From Vicugna vicugna (lineage: Eukaryota): DNA of 64,000 nucleotides. The notes under the pieces are model-generated. The model was given only the letters and a program-made list of their open reading frames with translations. It was not told the origin of the DNA and did no database searches. The position numbers and the translations under genes are program-made. The stretch spans positions 434,001-498,000 of the forward strand of contig MU063315.1 in assembly GCA_013265495.1 (NCBI GenBank), written 5' to 3'. Shown in pieces: positions 13,835 through 26,694 of this stretch; position 1 is the first letter of the stretch, and the number at the start of each line of letters is the position of its first letter.

Positions 13835-14780
13835 TGGTCAAGTCAAGATGGAGTAAGCCGTCTCCACCGTGTTTCTCTCCCACTGGGTGCAGCTAAGAAC
13901 CCTGAGTGGCATGACTGGAGCAGCTTTCTGATGATTCTGAAAAGTAAATGGTAACAGGTAGATTGGGGAAGGAAACCAGAATTCAAAACACTATAGAGCC
14001 ATGCCTGAGAATTGTGGCTCTTTTCTTGCACAGTCTCCAGGCCTAGACGTGAAGGTGTCCCTAAATGTGGAAGTGTGCACAGTTCCAGGAGAGACAGACA
14101 GACAGAGCTCTGAGAGAAGCCCTCCTTTCTGGTCTGAGGAGTGGAAAGCGGCACCCTACAAGTCAGGGGGCATGTGGGAAATCCCACTTTTGTTTTTTAT
14201 TTGTTTGTTTTTCTATGCAAGTCCCCAGCTCAGTCCCACAGAGATGGTGGTGGAAAAGGCCTTGGTGGCTTTTGGGTGGGAACCTTTTTCTGTGACCAAA
14301 GGAACTGTGTCCCTGAAGTATGGGGAAACTCCCTGTTGCTCTTTTCCTTCCTCTAGTCTCTCTCCCCACTTGGCTCCCAAGACAATCCAGCTGAGAAACA
14401 GCATGTGGAACAGAGATAAAAACTAAAGCCTCAGGGTTTTGCCTGCAGGACCAGGAAGGGATGAGACAGGCTGGGAGCTAGAAAGTTTCAGGGAGACTGT
14501 GGAGAGGGAGGAGCTCAAGGAAGTAGTCACACAAAACTGAATATGAACTCCTGGGCTCCCCCCTGAGTTTTGCAGGAATGGATCTGACACTATTCAGTGC
14601 ACTGGAGTTTTGAGATGTGAACTGCGGGATAGAGCACCGCCTCGGTCCAAGCCTTGCCCCTCGACAAGGCACATGTGCAGTAAACTCTGATAACTCTTTG
14701 AAAACTGCACTGACAGTGGACCCACAGCCCACAGAAGGCAGGTGCAAACTTGTAGCCTAAAGCAAACCAGGTTGGTTTCC
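13835..14780 (+). mobile_element. Old L1 (L1M4/L1MC-type) 5' end fragment
   Basis: gtcaagatggagtaagcc...tctcccactgggtgcagctaagaaccctg...tctgaaaagtaaatggtaacaggtagattgggga resembles L1MC 5' ends. Confidence 0.65.
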
Positions 14781-17700
14781 TGGTTTTTTTTTAATCAATA
14801 TTCTGTATAATATAACATTATATTGAAATATTCGGAATCAGGGACAGTCTGTGATCACTTGGGGGTGATCACGTGGGGATACTGTCAGAGTCCCACTACC
14901 TTTTACTGGTCTTCTGTCTGTACTTCCAAACTCTCTACTCTCCTTTGGTTGACACAGCGTTTCTTTTGATGTCTTAACAGAAAGCAGAATTATATTCAAT
15001 TTCTTTATTCTTGCTGCTTAGGCCCTAGAGAGAAATCCTGGCTTATTAAGTAATTTACTTGTTGACTCATTCAGAGATTAATTAAGTGATTGATTAAACA
15101 GACATTTACTGAGTCCTTACTGTGTGTCAGACAGTGTGCTGGGTGCTGGTGATACCAACGTGAGTAACGTGGTATCACTCTCCTCAAAGACACAGCCTGT
15201 CGGGTGCTGGCTCAGTGATCGTGTGACGGATCTGAGGAGTTTCACATTATTAGGCAAATTTTACAGTCCTGAGTGCATATAATGAATGGCTCATTCTATC
15301 CAGCCTTCTTTTCTTATCCACTCAGTGGCAGGAGAGACAGGACATGTTAATTAGCTGGCATGTTAGGGCCCCCGAAGAACTAGACTTCATTCAGCAGTAT
15401 TTACTTTGTTCAATGATTATTTTTTAGGGTCTCCTAAAAGCCAGACCCTAAGTAGGCATGAGGACTCGTGCCAGCCCAAACCCTCCAGCTGCTCTCAGGC
15501 TGGACCTGCCTCACAGCAGCCTGTGGAGAGGAAATGGAAGCAGGGAAGTTTGGCTCTTCCCTCTTTGCTTCTGTCTTCAGAACGGATCCTTGATTTAGAA
15601 CACTTAGCATTCAGCCCTAATTTTACTATTGTTGAATCAAATCAGAAGGCTCCAAAAGAATTAGCAGAAACTGAAATCCTTCAATCTGTGATTACAGCTA
15701 AATTTTACAGCACTCAAAACATGTTCTTTAATTCATCGGGGGAACCGGAACTTTGAAGTCGCTGTTAAGCAAGGGAAATCAGGCTGTCTTAATGCAGAAT
15801 CAGAGAGTGTCTGAGATACAAGGGGCTTTAGCAGCATCTGGTTCTAGAAGCTGCAGAAAGCAAGCCCTTGGGCTAAATTTGGCCTTTAGTTATGTTTTAT
15901 TTGGCCTGAGTGCTGTTTAGCGGAAATCTCATATAAAAATCCAGCTTTGTGGACTCTTGAAAAGAACCAGAAGACCTCACAGTACTGGCTTCAGATTCTC
16001 ACAAGGCAAATGCTGACCTGCTTCCTTATCTTCCACATCACCTCTTCGGCCCGGTACTCATCGGAGACTGGGACCCCATCATCTGGCCCGATAAACTCAT
16101 TTTATAGATAAGGAAAATAAGGCTGAGAAAGGGAAAAGTCTTTCCCTGAAGTCATACCTTTGGTTTAGCAGCTGGCCCCAGACCCCTGCTGCCCAAACTC
16201 TTGGACCAGCGCTATTTTTATAGGGGAGGCAAAGGAAACCATGATTTAAAATTGTTTTCAGCAAATGAACTCATGATCATAGAATGGTGAAACCAGCAGC
16301 GTTTATTTATTTATTTATTTAAATCCCAAGTTAGTTCTTTGTGTTAGCTCGTACACTAAATACTGAAATACTTTTGCATTGTCTTCATTATTTCCTTTCT
16401 ACCCACTAGTAGGGGAGTGATAATAAAGAGAAGCAGCAAGGAAGAGAAGGGATTCAAGTATTTTTCAGGAAGGAGATTATAACTGTAGAAGAGGCCATTA
16501 GATAGCATACTGTTAACACTGCAATGAAAAAGAAATTGCCAATTCTCCCAACGTTCATTTATTTTCTGAATCTACTAATTCCTTATGCATCTGGCAAATG
16601 GATTCCAGTTGTGCTCAGTGGATGAGACAATAATTTGTTTCCTGCTGGGACAGAAGGGCAGAGCATCCCCCAAGCCAGAATTAATCTTTTGCCATTACAT
16701 GCTCCCATAGAAATGTGTTTCTACCTCTATCACGACACGTAATCCTTTCTGCCATGCGTTAGAATTATCTATGTGCTTCTCTGTGCCCAGCACAGAGTCT
16801 CAGCACCCTGAAGACCACAACTGTCTTGTTTATATTGTTTCCTCCACAGTTCCTAACGCTGTGGCGTAGAGAGGGCAATCCATTTCTTCATTTAACATTT
16901 ACTGAGCATCTCTTTAGTGCAAAAGCCTCTAAACATACCACGAGACGCGGGGATTGGTTCAGAACAGGCCATCGACGTCATGCAGACTGGGCCCACACTG
17001 ATCTTGCTTATATTGTATTTTCAGCACCCAGAACAGTGGTCAGCACTGTCACTGATATCTTGGTGGGTCATGTGAATGATGGATGAATATGAATAGACTT
17101 ACTGTATGGAGCTGAATATATAGTGAAACAGACAGAGATATTAATGTTATAGTGAAGTGAAGGTAGCTTCTTGGGAGCGTAGGTTAAGATTCATAAGATA
17201 AAGAACTGGTTATGTGATGTAGGGCTTGGACAGGGGACTAGTGATGTCAAGAAGTGAAGAACGGCTTACAGAAGGGCTGAAGAAACTGACGGAATCAAAG
17301 GAATCCTTCATCCTTTTCCCTAACACTACGTGTGCAGCACTGGGAGCCCAGAGCTGTAGCCATGGCTGGTAGGGACACCAGTTTCTAAAATCTGTAGCTA
17401 CTCCAATTTATAACTGTGCCTGAAATAACAGGCAGCTGACCCCTAAATGCGCATATTGAAATGCAAATGGAGGCAGCATCTGCAGAAGGAAGACATGTCT
17501 TCAGGGAGCTACAGAAACTCAACGGGGATTGTACACTTCCATGTGCAAAACACTAAATTTTAAATTTAAATGATTCACCATGAGCAGCCGGTTGGCAGCC
17601 TTCTGATGGATATGTTATTTCAGATAGCATATCTCTTTCATTCACATTACAGTATTTTGAGGAACTTCCATATGGTGTGTAAATGAAGGAAGAAATCCTC

Positions 17701-18769
17701 AGGGATATGGAGGCTGGTGGCTATGATATTATTTAAAAGCGTATGCGGAGAAAAGCCATAGCATTCCACTCTCCTTACCTAAGACCGAACTCTAAGGCCA
17801 GACCTCTCCTACTTGGCTCCACCCATCTGTCCGTCTTCATCACCACTGTTCTTTTCCACTTTAGTTGTGTTTCATGACGTTTCCTGAGGATGTGGCTTTC
17901 CCATCTCTGTATGATGAGCTCCCTATCATATTTTAAAACAGTTTAAGGTTCGCTTTTCTGTGAAGGCTTGCTAGAGTTTTCCAGGTAGAACTAGCAGATT
18001 CTTTTTTCAGGGCTTCCTCATTTGGAAAATAATACCTTCTGGTAGAGTTGTGACAACTAGAGACAATACATAAAGAAATGTAGACCTCACAGCAGGCACT
18101 GATCACGAAGCTCTGGCTTTTGGTGTGCACCCAGTGCCATCTGATACACGAGGTCACTAGACTAGTCTAAGATGTTTGCGCAATTAGCACTCCCCACCTT
18201 TGGGACTTTGAGCATTGCTATATATATTTTTTTAATTCACAAAATGTCCCAGAGTTTCTGCTTCTGAAAATAAGTGATGCTAAAAATTTAAGTTCCATTA
18301 AGACGTTTACTTCTAATTAAAAATAACATACATGCTAAATGAAAACCCCATCTCATATAATAAGCACTATAATTGCAGTAGAAAATTGAACAAAGAAGAA
18401 TTGCATTTCCGTATATAAAAACTTCTGCAAAGAATTCAGCTGCAAAAGGCAGAGTTCATAAATTGTGCACATGGAAGCTTAATTATCATGTCTAATACGA
18501 GAGGTTCGATTAGGGTAGAAGGATTTGTGTAAACTGATAGACACTGGATCCTTTTTATCAGAGAATATTTATGAAGCTCCCTCTTCTGAGTGTGCTGGTC
18601 GCTGTATCACTTGTACTAGCTTCTTTTTTATAACAGTTACTTTAAAGTCACAGTAATCTCACTTTCAACCATGATGCTGATTATTTTCTATAAACCATTT
18701 TATTTTGACATAATTCAAAGGCAGTCATTAAAGGGGAGGAGCTGGGAGAAGGGTCCCACCCACACAGGC

Positions 18770-19330
18770 TGGATGCTATATGCTTTACATTCATTACCTT
18801 ATTTAACCCTCACAGCAAACATATAAGCTAAGCATTATTTTCTGCTTTGTTTAGATGAGAAAATTTGGGCTCAGAAAATTAAAATAAAATTCCCAATAAC
18901 ATAAAGCTAAAACCCAGTAAAGCAGAATTTGAAACTCAGTTTGCTCTGGCTATATAGACTGCCTTTTCTGTGCCAATATCTTCCCTAATCTTTATTATAA
19001 ACATACCAAGGTCACTTTTGTGAATGTCATTTTCCTTCAGGTGAAAATGGGAAGAATCATCCCTACTGACATCTGAGGACAGCACTTGAGCAAATGAGAG
19101 ATTATGTATAAAAGATTCTGATTAATAGCAATGGGTAATATTTATTGAGAAATTACTGTTATTCTAACTTAACCATCACAAAAGCCCTGTAAGTAGAGAA
19201 TACCATTAGTCTCATTTTTTATTCAAGTAAACTGAGATTTGTATACTTTAAACAACTTTTCCAGGGACAAACAAATTGAAAACACATCAAATTGTAAAGA
19301 ATTGCTGGTGTTAGAATCTGGACTGGACGT
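18770..19330. mobile_element. Three adjacent MIR relics in mixed orientation
   Basis: atttaaccctcacagcaaac...ttagatgagaaaatttgggctcaga (minus); gaaaatgggaagaatc (plus); aagtaaactgagattt (minus). Confidence 0.55.
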
Positions 19331-20729
19331 TTTTCACTTTAGCACTGTATTAATATAGAGACTCACGGAGATATAGAAGGAATACATTAGTTTTCTTATC
19401 TTCTAGGTTCGGTCCCAACTTAACTCCATGCCATCGTGTCCCCAGACATGCTGTTAGAGCACCAGACAGATACAACACCCCAGGTCTTTTCCAGTGGATT
19501 GGAATCTAAAACAGTGTGTTGAAGACAAAACCCAATGTAACACGGGAACCATAAGCCTAACTGTCCTTGAGGCTACTCAGTGGGAGACTGAGTTTTCTTC
19601 TGACTTTTCCATCATCTGCAAAGTTCATGATGGATTCAGTGGTGGCCCAATGTTGACAACAGATAACCACTTACTACTTACTGTATTTGAGTTTCAATTC
19701 AAATATTCATTTTTATAATAATGACTGCTTTGGTTCTATCTAGTGTTTCATGGATTTCTTTTGCATTCCTACAAAGCAGAACAGTATAACTAAAAGAACA
19801 TAATGAGGAGAACATGGATTTAAATTTTAGCTCTTTGTCAGTCATATGTCCTTGCCTGGGCAAACCAGGAAACCTCTTTGAGTCTTAGTTTGCTCATTTG
19901 TAAAAGACAACAACAATAAAATCTGAGGATCAAGAGAGAGCAATTACTTACCATGATAATAAATTAATATTATTATTTTATAATCTATAGATCTGAGAGC
20001 AGGTTATACCACTCCTCTGAAGAAATCTGTGAGCTGACTCATTCTGGCCTGATAACTACAGTAAAATAATTCAGAACTGACAATTTATTGCTCTTTGAAG
20101 ATAATTCCTGCTTCTTAAGTCTAATTATTGCTGGAGCTCAAGGTGGGACCTGCCTTTGGGATAGTAACTCTTGCTCTGTGTCTCTGCCCTGTGTCTGAAA
20201 TACTCTTTCCTGCTTAGTCTCCAGTATTGATCCATCTTTTTTTTAAAGCCGAGTGGAAAACCATGGAGTTAAAACATTAACTGATTCACAGACATTTTAA
20301 CTATATATAATCTCTTAGCTTAAAAAAGCCATTTTTCTAACGTATTGTCATGAATAAGAAGCAATAAAGATAAGCAACTGCTTGAACACACAGTTTACTT
20401 CCCCATTATGAATTTGCATTGATTTCATTATAACCTGGACGCCAGTCCCTTTGGTTCTTGGGATGACCAGCTCAGCACAAGGCTCAGAGCCACTACATGC
20501 CGGAGGGAACTACGGAGGGGAGGGGCTATCTGTCTCCTGACACGTGGTCTTTTAACTAACATGTAAAATACATTCCTTTATTCATGCAACAAGTACTTAT
20601 TGAGCACCAACTGTACACGAGAGCTGTTCTAGCCAGGGTTTTCAGCAAGTACTTGTTAAGCATGTACCGTATTTAATGAGCTATAAAATCGCCTAGTGGC
20701 AGCAGAGAAGTCAATTCCCTGCGTGTGCA

Positions 20730-20980
20730 CGTGGGTTAGCTCATTTGGAGTTCACAGTCTGTGGTTTGAGACTGCCTTGCCTCTTACTCACTGTGTAATC
20801 GTGGGCAGGTCACTTAACCTAAGTATTTTTTCTTCCATGTTTAAATAAAAGGACACTAAGAGAAGCTAGCTCATCAGATCGATGGGAGCATAAAATGAGA
20901 CAGTGTCGGGAAAATATGGGTAAGAATAGAGCCTAGCAAGCAAATAGCTGTTTATTAAATGTTAATTATGATAATGATCA
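20730..20980 (+). mobile_element. MIR
   Basis: ctcttactcactgtgtaatcgtgggcaggtcacttaacct...tattaaatgttaatt. Confidence 0.65.
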
Positions 20981-21860
20981 TGGTAATGAGACCACTTATA
21001 TCGCTCCCAATTACTGAATTAAGCTATAGCCATCTTCATTATTTGGCTGCGTAGAATCCAAATCCCTTTCTAATGCTGAGGGACTCCTCCTCGTACTCAG
21101 ATTCTAGAAGGCTGGATGGTGCTTCCATCAGGGAAGCTGAAGTAGCCCTACCCTCCTGCATTCGCTGTGCCCTGGTTGCCAGGGAACAGGAGTGTAACCC
21201 AGGCTCAGTAAGTTGGAAGCTCCTCCCCAGGAATCTGAAAAGTGAGCTAAAGCAAAGGGTGGCCGGTATTTACTTACGATGAAGTGAGTGGATCGTGTCC
21301 AAGTGCAGTCACACTCTGGCCAAATTGCTGAAAGCTGAGCTTCTGGTTTCATGGCCCCTGGCAGCTGGTCCAAGTTTCCAGACTTAGTCCTCCAGCTACC
21401 AGTAGATCCTGGGATGTTACAGTATTCTTCCAAATGGTAGTTTTTATTTATTTTTTACTTAAGAGAGCCAAGCTAAAATTGGTTTCCCATGAGTACAACC
21501 TGAATCTTGACATGAGTCAATTCTTGTTTTGAAAAAGCAACCTGTTATCAGCCAGACAACTACTTACTAATCATTTGAATTCTAATTCTACTATTAATTT
21601 TTATAATAATTACTGATTTAACTCCATCCAGTATTTCATGGGGTTTTTGAGTGCCTATAGTCCAATAGAAACAAATTATTTAATTTTACATTAAAGTAGA
21701 ACCATGGACCAAAAGGGTTTCCAGAGCTGAATTATTTGACAAAGACAATGCAGACATCAAATTTAATTCACTACTTGGGCTTCCCCTCATCCAGGACAGC
21801 AGATGCCTCGCACCCTGGAAGCTGACTTCATGGTGGAAAAACGTTCACCAGGACAAACCT

Positions 21861-22068
21861 GGTAAGGACCTCATCCTGGAATTAGAGTCCTTATAAGAAG
21901 AGACACCAAAGAGCCTGTTCTCTGTCTCTCTGCCGTGTGAGGAGGTGGCTGTCCGCAAGCCAGGAACAGGTCCTCACTGGAACCCAGCTGTACTGGCTCC
22001 CTGATCTTGGTTGGACGAACATCCCAGTCTGTGGCATTTTGTTACGGTCGCCTGAGCTGAGTAAGACA
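21861..22068 (+). mobile_element. MLT1A-like MaLR LTR, 3' half
   Basis: gtccttataagaagagacaccaaagag...gccgtgtgagga...cgcaagccagga...ggcattttgttacggtcgcctgagctgagtaagaca. Confidence 0.75.
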
Positions 22069-22479
22069 CTGTTAAATGCTTCATAGATAATAGTCTAGGT
22101 CCTTCTCAGAAGATCTCTATCAAGTAGGATTTAAAATCATCCCAAACTTACATCAGGAGAAAGTGAGGAAAGATTGTTTCAGCAACTTGTCCATTGTCAC
22201 AAAGCTGTTAAGCAGCAAAGCCAGGATATACATCTATCCTGTCAAATGCCAAAGCTTGCCACTCTACTATAATGTCTCCAACATGCATAACTTTCCATTT
22301 ATGTAAATCCACATGCATGAATCAATTTAATCACATTTGTCATATTCACTAATATATAAATTTATTTCATAGCGAAACTTTTTTACATCTAGTGGTCCCT
22401 GCTCTTCTGCAGTTACTGCAGATGATAAGGACAGTTTTCACTGGCTTCTAGCTTTGAGTTCTTCATGCTTCCATCCAGG

Positions 22480-23660
22480 CTTCTAGTCTTCTACTGACTG
22501 TTAGTAATTTTGCACCAGGGCATGTCACTAAGGTACCAGTCCCACTTCTCCTATTTGACTTCACATATTTCTACCTGTGTAGCTTCCAACTTGAAATATT
22601 TTGAGTGGAACTCATCTTCTTTACTCAGTCTGTCCCCCTTTTCTATTTTCCCTATTAACAAAATTTTTTCAATAGACTATCATTGAAATCTTTTTTTGGA
22701 GGGGAGGGAGGTAATTAAGTTTATTTAATTTTTTTAATTAAAATTTTTTGATGGATTTTTTAATAGAGGTACTAGGGATTGAACCCAGGACCTCAGGCGG
22801 GCTAAGCACATGGTCTACCACTGAGTTATCCTCTGCCCCCCATCATTGAAATCTTGAAGTTACACTTGACTCCTCTCCTTCCCTCAACCCTGAAGAGGAT
22901 CACCAAGTTTATACCACTCTTCTCTTATCCAACAGTAGACGCTGTCACACCCTCAAATTCCCGATAACTTAGTGCAGTAAGTTTATTTCTTGCTCACATC
23001 CAATAGTGACTTCTCTTTCATCCAATAAACTTTTGAAAGATACTATCAGATTAACTTTTTAAAATGTGATTTTTGATTATATAATTTTCTTGTTCTAAAG
23101 TTTTCATCAGTTACTCAATGTGTAGAAGAAAATTCCTGTATCATGGCATAACATTCATGGTCCTTAAGAAATCTTTCCCCACTTTTATTTCCAGCCTTAT
23201 CTTATTCCAGTTGCATCTAATCCTTCCACCTTGGTTAAACAAGTTTACCCTCCATCACCTGAACAGGCCTTATATTTTCTGAACTCCATTCTTCTGTTTC
23301 TCTCGTCTTCTAAACTTGGAATACTCTGTTTCAGACTCTCCCTCTCACAGCCCAACCAAACGTCAGGACTCAACTCAAATGCTAACCGTATCATTAAGCC
23401 CTAATCTCCCTGGACATAAGCATCCTCTGCCTTCTCTAATGCCCAGAGCCCTTAAGGCTCATTTCACTCACTTTCTACTTAACATATATAACCTTATATG
23501 AAAGTTATCCCCAGATAAATTATACCTGCAGGAGGAGCTCAACCACTAGCTAATCCCCTCCCATAACTCTTCAACTAGCTCATGATCTTGCTTAACAGAG
23601 GTTCAAAAAGTGATAATTTGGTAAAGAAGCTATAATACAAATTTAATAAATATCCTAAAT
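22480..23660 (+). mobile_element. L2 relic interrupted by the 22.7-kb SINE
   Basis: ttgactcctctccttccctcaaccc...tcctccaccttgg...ctcaactcaaatgcta...aatttaataaata. Confidence 0.55.
22692..22841 (-). mobile_element. tRNA-Ala-derived SINE with 14-bp target-site duplication, inserted in an L2
   Basis: Same head and tail module; ATCATTGAAATCTT at 22679-22692 and 22842-22855. Confidence 0.92.
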
Positions 23661-24179
23661 TTGTATCAGTATTTTATATCTTGACAAGAAATCATGTGCC
23701 ACTTAGGTCACATTTAGTATCTGCTCTGATAGTCATGAAGCCTTGAATTGATCAGTGAAATATTTTGGAAGCAACAGCTCAGTGGGAATCACCATGGAAA
23801 CAGACACATCCTCCAGTTTTTGTGGTCACTTTGGAGTGGAGTAGCATTTACACATCATGGCGAAATTCTCGGAGCTGCTGCCCGTGAACAGCAGCAGGGA
23901 AGTCTATCAAGTCACAGTAATTAATAGTGCCTTCTGTGACATTGCTGTCCATAAACAAGCAGAAGCCCTCTTCACAATGGACCCTTACACCCCAACACTG
24001 CTTTCTCATTTGCTCCAGCTACTCTCTTGGCTTCACCCCTCCTCTCCACTTATCCATATCGCATCCAAGCTGTTCCTTCCAATTACCCTTGGATGCCCTG
24101 ACCTGTGCTGATTCTTCCCATCCATAGACTTCATGACTGTTAGTGAGTCCCACATTCCAGCAATGCTTTAAACCGGAGA

Positions 24180-24400
24180 GACCTCGTGGCAGAGTGAGCA
24201 GAGTGTGGACTGTGGAGTCGGACTGAATTCAGTCCCTGTGGTTCGATTTGTCATGGAAAGACTAGTGAACCTCTCCCAAGCTTTAGTTTCCTACTGAACA
24301 AAGTAGTCATACTACCACTACCCAGTAGAATTACATGAAGAAGAAATGATACAACTGCACTTGAATCCCCCTTCACAGAGCCCAGCATAGAGAAGAAATC
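24180..24400 (+). mobile_element. MIR
   Basis: gtggactgtggagtcggactg...actagtgaacctctcccaagctttagtttcc. Confidence 0.6.
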
Positions 24401-24439
24401 AGTAAGTGGAGGGTCCCTCTGCTTGACTTTCACTGATTA

Positions 24440-25320
24440 AAAATACTCACAGCTCCCTCTGCTGCTGTGGTTCCAAGGCATCACCCCTCATTCTTACCAC
24501 TGCAACAGCCTTCTAATTATCCCACGATTTCTTTTTTGCCCACATCCACCATCTTTTTTCTAATATAACAGCCACAGTGATCTTCAAACAAACAAAAACA
24601 AACAAGAAACAAAAAACAAGTCCTTCCTTTGCCTAAATCCTCTAATGGTTTCATGTTTCACTTGAAAAAAGCCAAGGTCACGGCAATGCCAACAGAAGTC
24701 TGTAAGATCTCACCCTTTGTTACCTTTTTGCCATTATCTCCCACTAGTTTCCCCCAATTTATTCTGCTCCAGCCAGACTGACATTCCAACTGTTTTCTCA
24801 AATATGTCCCTTTGTTCCTGTACTTTCCTACTCCTGGAATCTATCTTCCCCCATGCTCACCTCTGACCCCCATGCTACTCCCTCATCTCTTCCTGGGAGT
24901 TATACAAGTCAGCTTCTCCGTAAGATTGTCCCTGATCACCCTATTTAACTTATGCTCATGCTAACATGCTAGATCCTGCTTCCTTAGTTAAGTTTTCTCT
25001 TAGCAGTTACCACCATCTAATATACTATGTAACTTACTTATCTATTTTGCTTTAATCTGTCTTCCTCTAGCAAGAAGGTAAGCTCATCTGAAAAGAATAT
25101 GTATTATGTATATGTATAACTGCATCACTTTACTGTACACCTGAAACACTGTAAATTAACTACACTTCAAATAAAGTTTTTTTAAAAAAGGAATATAAGC
25201 TCCACGAAGGCAGGTATTCTTGTCTGTTTTGTTTACTGCTATAGCTCCAGCACCCAAAAAAGTAATGAGGGGCGCATAATAGGCATTCAATAAGTATTTG
25301 CTGACGAGATAAATAAGTTA
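24440..25320 (+). mobile_element. L2 3' region
   Basis: ttaccactgcaacagccttctaatt...taagctccacgaaggcagg...ggcattcaataagtatttgctga. Confidence 0.65.
25095..25190 (+). mobile_element. Very short L1 3' terminal fragment inserted in an L2
   Basis: atatgtataactgcatcactttactgtacacctgaaacactgtaaattaactacacttcaaataaag is the cetartiodactyl L1 3' terminus pattern. Confidence 0.75.
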
Positions 25321-26449
25321 CCTGGTTTTACTGGTACATTTCTTTTTCTTTTATACTGATACCCTGAAGTCAAGTACCACATCATATGTGTCCCCTGGAT
25401 TCCACCCTGGCATGTTGTAAGGGTGCAACTATCATTTACTAATGCACACTATCTTTTAATAGTCAAGCTCTTTCACATCATTTTCCCAGTGAACAAATTT
25501 TTGACAGAAGCTCTCTTGTCACCCCAATGCCCTCACAGCTGTAGGGGACAGTAGCATCTTTATTTAGTAGCCATCTGGCCTGGGTGCCAGGTCTCTACAA
25601 TTTTTAAAGGTTGTGACATTGGCAATTATTGACATGTCAAAACCCCAGGCCAACCACGTGGGTTGTGGCAACAACCATCCCACACATGGTGGTGACATGG
25701 CAAAATCCTTTATAGCATCTGACACACAGCCATAAGACTACAATTAAGATGAGCTCTACATATTGGCTGAGGGAATGGCACCCGTTACAAGGCAGGTATA
25801 CGAGGCTAAAACAACATTAATATGAAGACCAGGGCCAGAAAGAGGCAGAAGAAACATCTGTTTATCTTTTTTAATGTCGTATTCTAATAATATGCTGTTA
25901 ATGATCATTTCTAGCCATGAGATTATTGGAAAATATATTTACCAGTACCACATGGTGCATTTCTTTTTCACGATAATGCAAATGCAAATGCTTTCTAAAG
26001 CACAATCGACTGTGATAACTTTGGAGCATAAAGTTTTATGCAACATTTCTAGAGATCCTTTACATACATCATCTTGTTTTATCTTCACAATGACTCTAAA
26101 ATATAAATTTTATCTAAATTGTATAAATAAAGAAAAAAAGGCTAAGGAACTGGCCCAAGGTCAGTGAAGAAGTGAGTGGTAGAGCTGAATTTAACACAGG
26201 CCCTCAGTCTGAAGCTCTCCTGTGCGTTACTCAGTACCGCCTCCTGGGTCATGTCTAGGAGAGAATGCTTCACTTGGCAGCTCAAGACGGATGAGTTTAG
26301 GGATTAAAAGCAAGAGGGAGAAAAAAAATCCTTCTATAAAATAAATTCTATTTGGCTTTGGGCATCAAAATCACACAAGATGCAAGAGATAAAGGATTTA
26401 GTTATTCTATTATTTGCTAGAATTCTCTGAAGCCTGAGACTAAGTCTGG

Positions 26450-26690
26450 CAAATATATACATATGTACATTTTAAATATTTTAAAATATAATATATATAT
26501 TAGAATATAGAATATTATATGTAATATATACATCATATGTATAATAATATTTATATATAAATTATATGGTATATAATATAAATATATAAAATATATGATA
26601 TATTATATTTTAAATATAATATTTATATAAAATAAAATATATTGTTATTTAATTTATGTACAGTATATTATATATATATATATTTAAATA
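26450..26690. repeat. AT-rich low-complexity island
   Basis: About 240 bp of almost pure A/T with TA-dinucleotide runs, at the 3' end of the L1 relic. Confidence 0.9.
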
Positions 26691-26694
26691 CCTC

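Noticed and set aside
14001-14426. 141-aa ORF and overlapping ORFs
   Set aside because: Lies in an L1 5' UTR relic; no recognisable domain.
14764-14786. 8-bp stem hairpin followed by a T run, terminator-like
   Set aside because: Intrinsic terminators are bacterial; this is a chance fold-back at an L1 fragment end.
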